A stretch of DNA of 63,880 nucleotides, the filler included, from Choristocarpus tenellus KU-1152 (Eukaryota; Protista; Phaeophyceae), in NCBI GenBank assembly GCA_964200185.2. It is 10 parts of 10 records of this genome, joined end to end, with 100 filler letters (N's around TTAATTAATTAA, not from the genome) between each part and the next. Parts side by side here need not be neighbours in the genome. Positions count along the whole stretch, not along the records: positions 39,649 to 42,162 come from CAXNAD020027171.1; positions 42,263 to 45,903 come from CAXNAD020018784.1; positions 46,004 to 54,691 come from CAXNAD020004445.1; 7 more parts are not named here. One strand, written 5' to 3'. Positions 39,721-52,701 of the stretch are shown here, piece by piece. The first letter of the stretch is position 1, and every line of letters starts with the position of its first letter. The notes under the pieces were generated by a model that was not told the origin of the DNA, ran no database searches, and worked only from the letters and a program-made list of their open reading frames with translations. The position numbers and the translations under genes are program-made.

Positions 39721-42162
39721 ACTACCGAAATTTCCATCCGCGCTAAAGACTGAGTAACCTACCGCATCTGCCATCTGTTCTTGAATTGGCTCCCACAGCC
39801 ACCGGACCAGATGTGGAGGACCTCTAGGGTCTGTCCGTATTCACTGGCTAGAGGTATTAGGTGATCTTTCACAAAGATCTCCACGGCGTTCTGGACGAAC
39901 TCGTTGTCTTGGCTTCGGTCTTCACTGCACACCGTCATACTGTGAGCCCAAACCCTTCCCTTCCCAAGAGAGCCAAAGTATCTTAGAGGGTAGAGACGCG
40001 TCCATTTGGGGGTCAAAATCCAATGTTGCGATTTTGATGTAATTCTGTCCATTGTGTTTCTTAGGAAGTGTCAATATCCTTGTTCCAGACACACCTTTTA
40101 ATAACGTAAAACTTCTACCTCCTCTGAATCATTTCGGAGTAGGAAAATGTCGGAAAAAACCCCATGGGAAGTCAAGCCCCAAATGGACAAACAGGGCAAA
40201 ACTCGTACCCTCAAAGATACTTTCACTCAAGATTTCCCTCTTCTCTGAAATCCCTCAACCACCAGACAATGGTCAAGAAGCGCGGTAAGGAATAGATCGA
40301 AGAACTCTTGTTGTGTCAAGTCTTGGTGGTTGTGTTGCAGGTGGGCGCTGAAGTCCATGGCGGTGTGTCCTTTGGGGAGGCGGGATTTGCAGTGTTTGTA
40401 TTGTTGCGTCTGCCAAATGGTGGTGTTGTGATGATGGAAGAAGCTCTTGTCGAAGCTTGCAAATATGACTTTTAGGAGTCTAGGGAATCCCTCCGTCCTT
40501 GGGAATAGCACCTGTATTGAATGGGCCAGGTGGTCGTGTTTCGAGCGTTGTAGCTGGTGATAGGTCGTGGTGATTCAGGCTTTGTAGTGGTGTAATCGAT
40601 AATGTTTGGTGCTGTGGGAGGGAGTATCTGCTCGTTGTTTGACGAATATGCCGTGACGCAATTCAATGTATACAGTAATTATTACTTGAAGGAAACTGTC
40701 GTTCACCTTTCCCCTCCGGCTGTGCTTGTACATAGACCCTGTGGCGTCTTTGTCGTCGTTCTCTTCGGTCCTGTTCCTCCTGAATTCGGGGTCGGACTCT
40801 CCCACCATGCACTTAGCGATAATCAAATCGTCGGTCATGAGATTATCCGCCCTCAGCTCTGCATATTTTTCCTTTGTCATCTTGATCATATCATCTTTGG
40901 TGGTCCTGCTGGGGGTGGCGATGCCAAGTCTAGAGGACAGTGCCTGTGTGGCAGGGTAGACGGACATAGAGATTTATCGCAGCATGGGTGTGTGGTGTGG
41001 ATGTTAACATGGGGATATGATCGACTGATAGGGTAGGTTGCTGTGTTGGTCCTGGACCTGGTGTGAGGGAGGAATCGGGCAGGTTCGTCTTCCAAATCTA
41101 ATTAGTTGGTGAGTGTTTGGATAAGGCACACTTTTGTCTCCTGGCAAGTCTTTCGTTGCAGGTCCGCCTCCACCACCGGGGTGTATACGTGGACGAGCTC
41201 ATTCCATGTGACATGGGTGCTGTCCAACATTCAAGGACACTTCCACGTCGGATGAGGCTTCCAGTCACACCTGTCACATGTACCGTCAACACAAGAATTT
41301 TTGAAATTGCCCAAGGAACCGCCAGAGGACAGTTCGCTGTTTTGTTTTGAGGTTAGTCCAACAGCGGTTTTTGGTGTCAGTTTAGAGGTTTGAGTAGCGG
41401 ATCGAACGTCACTAGTGGAGTCCGGCTGTCGCTGCCACATATTTTGAGGACGTAGTGAAACGGTTTGAGGGCGAGGACGTTGGTGTGTATGTACAGTGGG
41501 TTCATTATTTTGGATACCATTCCAGCTCGTTGTGCTGACACATTCGCCACGTCGTAGGTGTGGTTTAGCATAGAAACATACAGGAGGAAGGCCATTAAAT
41601 AACCACTTTCGAGTGCGGTCTCTACTGTTTCAGAGCCGCATCCTTTGCCTTTGTCGCAGAATGCGTATGTGCATGCGCTAGTGTGTTGTCCATCGTCGCC
41701 AAAGAACGTCCATGTACTTTCTTCCAGTTCTCTCTTAGGCACTGAACCTGGAGATCGGTGGTCATGTGGTGAATGCAAACGTGCGATCTGTGTTGCGTGG
41801 AAGAGTGGAGGGAGGGTTAGCACCCATTGTGTGTAGACACGGATGATGCGGTATGTGACTGGGTACCCTGTTGCGGTTAGGAGACATAGGTTTACCCAAG
41901 CATCACTGTAGTGTGTGTTCTAAAAATCGAAAGACTATTTCCACAAACACCTTGGCGTGGCCTTTGTGATGTAGAACGGTCTCCACTTCTCGAATGTCGA
42001 CGGACAGGGTATTGGTCCTGTCATCCCCTCCTGTTCGAATCTCTCCCTGAAGTTGGCGTAGACATCCTCATCTGTCACAATCTGTGACCTGTTGTGACGT
42101 CAGTTGTTAAAGTATCCTCAAAATCATCAAAGAGGATAAAGGTGATAAACCCGGCGAGATTG
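39721..42162 (-). pseudogene. Decayed Sola2-like DDD transposase gene, interrupted by a family A MITE
   Basis: Ordered motifs on the minus strand: PSTFEKWRPFYI (~41960-42010); CVDGTCDRC (~41265-41295); HHHNTTIWQTQQYKHCKSRLPKGHTAMDFSAH...QDLTQQEFF (DF(S/A)ENY...Q..IQ equivalent); SEDRSQDNEFVQ (SDD..HD..FV); IWSGGCGSQFKN (WSDG...QFKN, Asp lost). Stops and frameshifts present. Confidence 0.7.
39970..40228 (+). mobile_element. MITE family A, full copy, nested in the transposase relic
   Basis: Family A TIRs; perfect 4-bp TSD AAGA. Confidence 0.9.
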
Positions 42163-42262
42163 NNNNNNNNNNNNNNNNNNNNNNNNNNNNNNNNNNNNNN
42201 NNNNNNTTAATTAATTAANNNNNNNNNNNNNNNNNNNNNNNNNNNNNNNNNNNNNNNNNNNN

Positions 42263-42283
42263 CCCCCCCAGATACTTTGACCC
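42263..42283. mobile_element. Terminus of MITE family C at contig start
   Basis: polyC-AGATACTTTGACCC. Confidence 0.6.
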
Positions 42284-43889
42284 TTCTTCCCTCATCGTTG
42301 TCTGCATTGACTGGATGTTGGTTTTGTAGGCAGTAAAGGCAGCCTGTCCGCAAGTTCCATCTCCTGTGGACGATCTGTGGGAGGATGCTAGCAAAATATG
42401 AGTGATATTCCTGACAAGGATGATTCCTTTTTTAGCAGTTTTCGTATCAGTTGAGCTCGGAGATATTTCCAGATGCGCCATCGTAATGACCTGCAATACC
42501 ATGCATGGACATTATCTCATCCTCCCCATCTTGGTTTAAACCATTATCTCTGCAGTACCCAGTAACATAAGTTGTTACTTCGAAACGTGCATGATGCGGG
42601 ATGTTCAGAAATCCAGGCCCAAGTCTCTCCAGTCCATGCCCTTTTGCACTGACAATCAAATACACCCGAACGGGCATCCTTCATCCAACTAGGATGAATG
42701 TCGGTATAGTATACATCACATTTCACTGCCTGGTCGACACCCTACTACAATGTCACAACAATAATTCAAATCCTATACTCAAAACGGACTGGAAACTCAA
42801 TTTCAGGGTGTGATCTTCCTTCAGTTCTGGCTGAGAAACTCTCATGACCCAAAACGTATCCTTGAAAAAAAGTGCCTTTGGCTTTCTACGCACTGCTACT
42901 TGCTGCACTAGCAAGTGTGTGGTGGTCAGATATGAAATTACTCCAAAACAGCACATCAGGTTGGGCAGGAAACCTGAGCTGAAATTAGTGTCCAAGCAAC
43001 CTCAACCATAATACTTTGAGAGGCACTCAAACAAATATCATAAGACATTCTACATCTATCAGACTCATAGTGCTTTACCATGCACTGTCTCCTAGAGCGC
43101 GCACTGCAGACCATATCAGTTTCCATCTAATCAGAACAACTTGCGCAGTAGAAACAGGTATTCCTTCCCCCCACACTCAGAGTACTTCAGCAGTCTCCAC
43201 TTCTGGTTCCTACCCACGTTGGAACCAGCCTTAGATACAGTCATCCCATGGTACTTAGGATGGTGACATAAGGTTTTTCTTGGTCTCATCTTCCTTCGAC
43301 TTTTCCACCTCCATTTGTAACATGGTGTGACCTTACCTGCTAGCAACAATTCTTATCTCGTATCCAACTCCCTTGGGCTTCCTTGCAATCTTGGTAACGT
43401 GGGGCATGCCAGACTCCCCCACATCCCCATCCAACCCTCTCAAGACGGTACTGACTCATTCACAGTAAACTCCCATAATGGACTAAACAGATTAGCTCTA
43501 TTGCGATTCTGCACTTCGATGAAGCCCTCCTTTTCCACCCACCTATCTTGACCTCACAGCCCCCCCTCCACACATCTTCACCTGTCTGTGTAAGTAGTCA
43601 AGACAAATGCAGAGGTAAGTTGTCTGGAGAGGGAGGAGGAGATGAAACGGTCGAAGTCAGGACCCGACATCAATTTAGATTTATCCCTCTTTTAACAAAT
43701 AACCCGAATGTTTGAGTCAAATCAATTGAGAAGTAGGTAGGGTTGCATTTTAAGCGTCCTGAGAATGGGTGAAAATACGTCATTTTGTACAATTGCAGAA
43801 AAGAGCTTTTGTTTAATTGTGATGTCGCATTATTTGTGGAAAGGAGGAACATTAACTTTGGATACACTATTGTGCACATAAAGCAATGA

Positions 43890-44540
43890 AATAGAGCGCT
43901 TGCACAGGACAAAAAAGATTACTTACGATGCAAAACGGTTCAAACCTGCCTATCTCTCCATTGATTTGAGTATTTATCATCCACGCTCTCGACATCTGTC
44001 ATCACAAGCAGAGGACCCAACATGCACAATACATCAGAGGCACTTGCAGGACGCCTACCACTTCTGAAGTTGGTGTTTGTCACCGCTACCATCTCATCGA
44101 TCTGATCCCAGGAGAACATCCGGAAGAAGTCTATTGGTTGTTTAGTTGCTGATATTGACGAGCTTTCATGGCGTAGCAACAACTGATCTCACCTATCAGC
44201 GGTTCTCAGGGATGTGCCCTACACCCCTACATGGTGGTACTAGATTTTGGGGCTTTTCTTCGTCAATCCCTGGACCCAAAAAAATTCAACCGATTCACAG
44301 TCCTCTCTACCAACAATTCCCTCGGTGACCGACCCTGTCGGCTCGACACCAGACTCTTTGCTGCTCTCCTCTGGAAACCCATCCTTGTCGGGGTCCTCCT
44401 CTGTCTCATCATCCGAATTTGTTCCCAAGTCTTCCAAAGGGAGATAGATTACTCCGCTCCACCATTTCCTACCAATCTGAAGATTCTTGGGCTTGAACTT
44501 GGGTCTTGAATTTTCCTGCAACATCCTTTTGGATGGTCTC
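43890..44540 (-). pseudogene. piggyBac-like transposase N-terminal relic
   Basis: An acidic low-complexity stretch (SDDETEEDPDKD) is followed by QPIDFFRMFSWDQIDEMVAVTN...DVLCMLGPLLVM...YSNQW, matching the P..FF..F....I...TN......EI..FLG..L.M.....YW start of DDE_Tnp_1_7. Stops present. Confidence 0.55.
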
Positions 44541-46003
44541 ACCGTCTAAGGGCCACGAACCATTTCCAGTGGTTTGAACCAACGTTAGGTGTTTGCCCAA
44601 TAACTCTTCCGAACCAGGTCTGAGCCTTTGAAGCTTTCGTGACTTCGCATGAAGCGAGTTTTGCCACTGCTACTTAACATCCATATGTTAGATATATCCA
44701 CATTTCTGGTCTCAGAACGTTGACAGGAAACGATTTCCAGGGAAAAATTTTCGATGTGGTAATCTACTTAAAACACGACAATCATGTGGTTTGATCCATA
44801 TGAATACACACCAACTTCTCGCCTCCAAAGAATCACACACAAAATAATTGTAACACATGGTAACATGTTTTACTCTTGGAATAGGGGTTGATATTGAACA
44901 TACTGCAGTAAAAATGGCAGTGACATGATTAAGCCAGGTAATAATAATGAAGATGTCTACCGTGAGAAAGAGGTGGCAGGTGGATGATTGTCAGCTTGTA
45001 GTAACCATGAACAAGGAAGAATGATGTATATCTTGAAACTTAACAGATACTAAACCTCTTGCGCTGCAAGGTTTATTCTCAGTGTTCCAGTTTGATCGAG
45101 TACCTCGCACATTATGAGCTAATTGAATTTTCCCCTCACATGATCCTTTCAATTCACGATCCTCAAATCCCCATTCAGCAGATCTTGAAATATGAACTAC
45201 AACTATGCAAGATCGGAAACAGATGCAGACCTTGCATTTTTCATCAAATAAATGGGCAAACAAGCCGCTCATTATATGTACAAAATGGTTGGCCTGCTGC
45301 TTAGAAATTGATGTCCCACCAATGGAAGTGAGGGATCACTATATTTCCTTCCCATATCAGCCTGGTGGATTATTGGTTTGATGTGCACAAATTATGTTGG
45401 ACAGAGTTGATAATATAGCGAAAATGAACATAGATTTTCCTTCACACTGATGCAGCTTGCAAGATGTAGCGAGCACCTCACCACATCATTGCTTGTCATC
45501 ACCAAAGCTGTCAGGAGCAGGGTGGTGCTTTGATTTGTGCTCAAAAGAAACAAACCAAGATTTTTTATTTGAGATTATCATTAGACTAAAAACTAAATTA
45601 TAATTGTACTTCAAAACCTCGAAAAATACATCGCAACAATTTTGTTTTTTAAAAAAAGTCGAAACTGACACAGGCAAGCAAGCAAGAGATTCAGAAGCAC
45701 AAAGATACGCTAGTCTCCTACAAAAATGGGGTACCCTGTAATCCCTGAGTGTTGATGTGAAACCCACCTGCTCTGTGGTGCAAAGCAATGCCCCTTGTCG
45801 GTACCATCATACTGACTCCCCTTTGGAAACACAACAGCACTGTGAGTGCCCCATTTAAACATACCCCCCCCCCCCCCCCCCCCTTCATTTCTTCTCTGAA
45901 AAANNNNNNNNNNNNNNNNNNNNNNNNNNNNNNNNNNNNNNNNNNNNTTAATTAATTAANNNNNNNNNNNNNNNNNNNNNNNNNNNNNNNNNNNNNNNNN
46001 NNN

Positions 46004-46295
46004 GGGGGGGGTCTACAACAGGGTGTCCATTCGGGACCTGACCAGGAGAAGTTCACTTCCATTATCAACTCAGTGCACGCAACCAAATTGCCTCAAAAAC
46101 GGCCAAGGCAGTGGAGGGGAGTGTAAACTTCATGGAGGAAAGAAGAAGAAGGTAAAAAAGAGAAGAGAATCAAGACACGTTGGGCCCTAGGCACAAAACA
46201 AGCCCCAAGTACAATCATATCAAAAAGGGGGAAAAAATGGTGACATTGAAAAATGGCCCCAAATGACTGCCCCCACCCCCCCAGACACTTTGAGG
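46004..46295 (+). mobile_element. Degenerate MITE family B copy with an internal ~140-bp insertion
   Basis: polyG-TCTACAACAGGGTGTCCATTCGG...AACCAAATT, then unrelated sequence, then GTGACATTGAAAATGGCCCCAAATGA...CCCCAGACACTTTGAG. Confidence 0.6.
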
Positions 46296-46373
46296 TTGGT
46301 GCTAATATGGATGAAACCATGAGATACGTGAAAAGAAAAAATGTTGTTTAAGGGAGAAAAAATGGTCTCTCAC

Positions 46374-48117
46374 CAGGGATGCATCAGTTAGACGGTTGTC
46401 ACGAATGTTGAGTGATCGTAGTATGGGAAGCCCTGGCAGTGCCATGGCCAGTGATTGTCCAACCAAATCGCCGAGACCCTGATGAGCTGCAATGTGTATT
46501 GTACAACACCCAAGCAATAGGGAAATGTCATTAATGTCTGGAGGAGTGAGCAGACAAAGTTTCTGGGTCCAAATAAAATACAGTGGAGACACACCTACAA
46601 CCTGAAGAAATGTCGGATGTGTAGTGGCATTAGTGTGAGGCAAACAAAAACTTATAGTCTGCAGGTGCAAAAATGGATAAAGTTGGGCATCGTGGGTCTC
46701 CAAGCCTAATGTAAGGTGAGGGTGGGGAGCTCTATCTTGGAGATCCACTGCACTATGCCTACCAAGGTTGAGTGTATGAGGTCGTTTGAGGTTCCTGACG
46801 ATGATGGGTACAGGGGGTATTCCATGATCAATGGTGCTCCTCAGGAATAGCTCCCTGGGACTCAGGTCCTTGTCATCTTGAAATTGGCCAGTGTCTAGAG
46901 ACATTTTCTGGCGATAGACTAGCCGATACAAGTCGTAGAAGCGAGGGCGGGCCCCCGAGCCATAGAACTAAACATGGGCAATACATCCAGGTATATATAT
47001 ATGCACACACACACATATATATATATGGGTGCCAGGGGAAAGGAATAGGTAAGGACATTTGCAGAGTTTCTTGAAGGGTCAATTGAGGTCAGACGGATGG
47101 GGCAAAGGATGTGCAGGTCAAATTGTTGCCCAAGAAAGTCAATTCATACAGGGCAATGAACGATTGGAAGAGATGTAGAAATGAGCAATCTTGTATGGGT
47201 TTGTAGGATTAGTTGTGGCAGTGCATGCCATTGCCTCATTAGTTTGTCTGACTACACTGGGTTTTTTTTTTCACAATGTCACCTGACGTGGAAGTTTGCA
47301 CCCCAGACTTTTCTCAGTCTCGTTGATTGAGGATGACTCATACATACCATCACTGGTCCAATCCTCCTCGCTGCCCAATGACAGAGTGTCCTTCAAGAAT
47401 TGGCCAGCAGACCAGGGAAATAAGTTGGAACCGTGGCTAGGAACATCGTAGTGAAGGTGTCTGAGGGTGTTGCTTTCTCAAGTGCAGGGGTAGATAGGGT
47501 TAGATCCATCGGCATATGTTCGTGGCATATGTTCGTGGAAATGATCCATCCCTTCAGGCATGGGGCAAGATCTGCATCGGAATGCTACTACCTGACATCC
47601 AGAACACCTCACAATCTAGAGCTCTGACACACTACTTGGATTTGAACTTGAAAAGAGATAACTCGAAAATTACACAGTCAACGTGTCCAATACACAACAA
47701 AGGTCCCCCCAAAAGGCTCCACAGAATAATTTGTGCCACTGCCTTTGATAGGAACAGTTGTGCAATGGAGAGAAAAGACTGCATTGGGCAATCAACTTAT
47801 CTCACACTCTGCGATGCTCACTTCAACATGACTCCCCGATTTTATAATATATTGTAGCACGAACCCGTACATCCACCATCCACACTGAAAGAGAGTGGAG
47901 GCGAGTGGCAGCTCTTATTCCACACACGGTTTCTGAGGTACAGCACATGCGATATACTTCGAAACTGCTGTTGGTCACACCTTAACCAATCATGAATGCA
48001 CAAATGAACTCCCCCCCCTCCCCCCCACCAACAAAGCACAAATACATCCATTTCAAATAGGGACTGCAGTCATGGATGCAAATTCAACCCATGTAAGTAC
48101 AGCTCTAACGAGATCAA

Positions 48118-48157
<40 letters not shown>

Positions 48158-51100
48158 ACGGGGNNNNNNNNNNAAAATCAACCCATGTAAGACAGGCCCT
48201 AAGGAGAAAAGGGGGGGGGGGGGGGGGGGGGGTAGCAATGGGAGGCAAACCTTGAGGAGAGAATAGCGGAAGTCAGGCAAAGCTGACAAATTGAGCTTCA
48301 CTTTGTCTGCTCCTCCAGTCCTGGGTCGCAGGCTTGCTTTATTGCCCTCCTGCCAGGCTTCCTTGTCTCGACCAGAATCAACAGATCCACCATTTGGAGG
48401 TGGTTCGAGATAGTGTCGGGCGTAAAGCCTCCTTCTCGCAGCAGCGGCAACTTCTTGTTCATCACCTTGGAGAGGAAAGCCATCTGCATCAAGGTATCCC
48501 TCAAGGGCATCGTGAGACTTGGCATCCCATGGCTGGGCGAATCTGTTGTTCCCATGTGTATATGGACCAAAAAAATAAGGTCCACCAAAAGCATGCAAGG
48601 TTGAGTTGTACCAATTGTATTCCCCCCGAAGCAGCAGTTGAGTCGATCCAACAATGGAAGAGGGATATCCAGGAGAATGAATGTTAGAAAAATAACCACA
48701 ACGTTTTGAAGGCATCGGGTTATGAAGTCAAGATCAGGGATAGGACGGTATGAATACGCTGGTGAATGAAAAGACATAATCGATTAATGATCTGGGTGGC
48801 GATTCTGGTATATGATTGGCGTCATTTACTACATCTCAGTTTCTCAGTCAATGGGATGCTTTATTGAATCTTGCTTTGATTGGAAATATTGCTGCTGCAG
48901 CTGATTCCTGGACAGATTTTCATTGAAACTTGAAAAATAGTCCTCAGGAGTCGTTTGGGAATTGGAGTCAGTCAATACTCATAGACACTCTGTATAACTC
49001 CTTCAGAGTGCTTAATATATCCAATTCCTGGCAATGAATCATGCTTCAAGCCTCTTTTAATTTGTGCTTCAGTCGTTTAAGCCTTACTGCAGAAATATTG
49101 TATGTACTAATAAAAAATATCAAGAGACTTACACAACTTACTTCCTCCCATACTTAGCAGGGTAGCCCTGGTACTTCTCAGCAAGTACTTGGAAAAACTC
49201 TAGATGGCATTGTACAAGCAAGACGTCTTTCAAATTTCAGTCTCTACAGGTATATTGTTAAGGCTAGAGTACTAAGAATTTCCAAGTGCTGCAAGCAGGT
49301 GACTGGAGCAATTTCTAGTTTCTTGAAGCATGTGCTGGTGGAGAGATCCATTGTTGTTCAGCGAGAAGTATTGTTGTAACCCAAACTCTCTCTGCAAATC
49401 CATTTAAGCACCAAGTCCTCACCTAAAGGTGGGGTAGAGGGAGTTCTTTCTCTCCAGGGAGGCATTAGCCTCCTGCTGGGTTGTCACTGGGTCTTCGAGG
49501 AACTTGTGCCTCAGGGGTGTGAGAGCAACATATCAAGAGTAGAGGAAAGGGGGGGATCTTTATAAAAGTTCAAGGGGCATGGGGGAAGGTATGATAAGAA
49601 ACATATATTGAGTCAAAGTATCTTAGAGGGTAGAGCCACGTCCTTTGGGGGTTCAAAATCCAATGTTGCAATTTTGATATAATCTTGGCTATCATGTTTG
49701 TTATGAAGTGTCAATATCCTTGTACCAGACAAACCTATCCATAATGCATACATTTTACCTACACCAAAGCATTTTGGAGTGGGAAAATGTAAAAAAAAAA
49801 CTTGGGAAGCCAAGCCCCAAACGAACAAACAGGGCAAAACTCATACTCTAACCCTAAGATACTTTCACTCATTCCCACCAATAGAAGAACTGAAATTTTG
49901 CAATATAACATACTTGTTACTGCACAAATATTTCCCTGCTGTATCATCTTTTATTCTATCATTAATGGTGGCATCACTCGAAGAATATATCAAGTAGGGT
50001 TGGGTGTAATGATAAGTTGGTAGTAGGAGAGAATTTTGATGAAACAAGTATGCGGAGGTTGGTGATAGGATAAAGTGAGAGAGGACAACATCAGCTGTTG
50101 AATCCTTTATTTTCTGGTGTCTTGATAGAGTTTGGAAGCCTTGAACTCCACAAGTTGATGGTCAAAATCTCCACCAATGTCCAAGTGCTTCAGAGATGGT
50201 TCTTTGTTTCCAAGTATTCCCAGATACATCTATTACTCAAGCGGTAAGATCTTGTCCTGATATGACATGGTTACTTTTTTAGTGGCCAAGTCAACTTGCA
50301 ATTGTTTCAAATGGCCCATAGTATCCTAGAGGGGTGAGTCAAGTGTCCATTCGGGGCCTGTGTGAACCTGTAGTGATTCTCATGCCATCTGAGTGAACAT
50401 GTCAGATGTAAGGGCAATTTCCTTCATCTAACATACCTTCCTTTTCCACCCACCTTCTTGAACCAAATCTCCGAGTGAGAATCACCAGCAAATGGGCACC
50501 AATCTGGAGTATCTTTCAAAAAGCCATCAAGCCCCGAAAGGTCAACCTGGAATAAACACCCTACCCTCTAAGGTACTACGGGTCAATTGCTGTAACAGAC
50601 TTCATTAAGAAGAAAATAGAGGGATATTTCCATAATCTAGATTACTTTTATGCACCTTGCAATACCCACGTGTATTGCAATAGACTTTTACCCTGAATGG
50701 CTTTGGAGCATGAAGTAGTTAGTAAGAATACTGGAATCAACGAGCACCCAGGGGAATCCAGTTATGTGATCCGGAGTAACCCCAAGGGATAATATCTTTT
50801 GAAAAAAGTAGTAAGTCCTAGCACCATATCATCACTCCCTCTAATATTTCCACCTTTTCCCCTAAGAATAGGATCTATCTCCAGCCGAGAGCTGGATTCA
50901 TGAGGTTCTAAACCCGTAATACAAAGCAGCAGTACAAGGCACCTTTCAAGTGTTTCTTCTAGTCGAGATGGTGCTGCAGTATCCTGATTTTTTCGTGACT
51001 TGCCAGAAACAGCAGAAATCCCCTTGCCAGTAGTGTTTTTGCCAGGTTTGTGTTTCTCTCCTCCCATAATTCTTACCCTTGCCTCACTCCTTCCCTGGAA

Positions 51101-52449
51101 TTGATCCTGCAAGGAAGGACTCTTCAGTCTCACATTCTCCTGCTGGAATTACAGTGGTCAGAGTTTCAATGAGCATGGAAGGGGGATAGTGGCGCATGAT
51201 AGAGGACTTTGTGATTTAACGCTCATGGCAAGTGAGGTTGCATCAAGAGCAACGCACATCTCTTAATTCCCAAACCTGAAAGGTCCCCCATAACTGTAGT
51301 ACCCTATGGAAAGATTGAGGGCATAATGTTTGCAAAGTATTGCAAAGGACAATACTCCTTGATGACCACAACTACTGTTCAAAATTACAAGAACAACCCC
51401 ACCTCAAGAAGAAGACCATGAGCAAAATGAATTTTTTCAACCTAAAATATCTACAGGGCCGTGACTGTCACCCATCAGCCTACTGTGCACCAGAGTAGTG
51501 ACATAGTTTCCTTCAACCAATCGCAAATTATAGAACACCTTGAACAGCACACTGCACCAGAACGCACTGATACAATATTGTGTTGTGCTGATGCAACTCG
51601 TTTGCCCTTTCACCTGGCTTTCATGGAATCCTGCTTCCACGGCAACTCTATGATTTTCGCATTTTGAATATTATTGTTACTCATTCCATCACATACTAGT
51701 TCCCCACTACTTGACGTGCATGGGCGGTATCTCAAGGCATCTACCTCCCCCTCATTTCCATCAACTTGAGGCTGACACTCTCCCATTACTGAAGCGATTG
51801 TCTGGCTGGGCAATTGCATAGAATATTTGTTGTTGGGAACTCAATATTTTGTATTTATTTCATTGCTCTAGGGGATCAAATACTTCCCTCAACTTTCAAG
51901 AGGCGTTCACGTGGAGGTGAACAATGCATCGAAGACTGTCATACAAAGGAGCACAAAATCACAGCAGTACCACCAACATGCAAAACCTCGCTATGGGGCA
52001 CATGCGAGAACCTTCTATACGTAGATTGACCCTAGTACTGGCTGCAAACTCGTTTCTAATGGCGCGCTATAATCAGCTTTGCACAACGCACCACACCCCC
52101 GTTCATGGAACACCCAGCGTAGTCATTCTCTCCAACCTTGTTTGGATCGAGGAACTCATGGAGGCTACCCGTCCTCAATGCCAGTAGGAATTGCCGGTTT
52201 TGGACCTCAGCCTTGACCCTTAGCTTCGATGCATGAGCACCCCAATGTAGAGACTTGTTGTCTTTCTTCCTGATATTAGTACCTATAGGTCACGCAATTT
52301 GTTTATAACAATTAAATAATTTCCAAGTTCGACATCCCTTTAGTAGAAGGAAATTGGTACAAGTTCCTAGGGAGATTCATTTCTGCTTGCTCGCACCAAC
52401 GAGATTTTTATTGGAGTGGACGCGAGACTTACCCTCGTAACTCCCCCAT
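46374..52449 (-). CDS. Leucine-rich-repeat (RNI-like, LRRC74-like) protein, 5' part; best-supported exons 47460-47283, 46967-46763, 46486-46374; tentative upstream exons near 52449-52433, 52268-52139, 51139-50943, 50546-50436, 49509-49424, 48670-48252
   Basis: Spliced frame gives FYGSGARPRFYDLYR...LSPRELFLRSTIDHGIPPVPIIVRNLKRPHTLNLAHQGLGDLVGQSLAMALPGLPILRSLNIRDNRLTD, with LxLxxNxL LRR units. Upstream exons rest only on open frames and GT-AG sites. Confidence 0.6.
49610..49870 (+). mobile_element. MITE family A, full copy (probably intronic)
   Basis: Family A TIRs; ATT/ATT flanks. Confidence 0.85.
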
Positions 52450-52701
52450 GCTTTCCTCGTCATCGCAACGACCGCCTTCTGGAGATGTTTATGTGGCTCG
52501 ATGTATCCACGTCGGAGAACTGAACATGAATAGTGTAAAAACGGTTACCACATATGAATATATGTTGAACATACATTAATCGGTTGAATATTGAATAAAG
52601 TTTTTGTGAGAGACGTATGTTGTTGAAGGTTTGGTTTTTGTAATCGTAATTTGTAAATGGTAGTACCTTGGTCAACTTGAGACAGGTGGGTGTCGAGAAG
52701 G

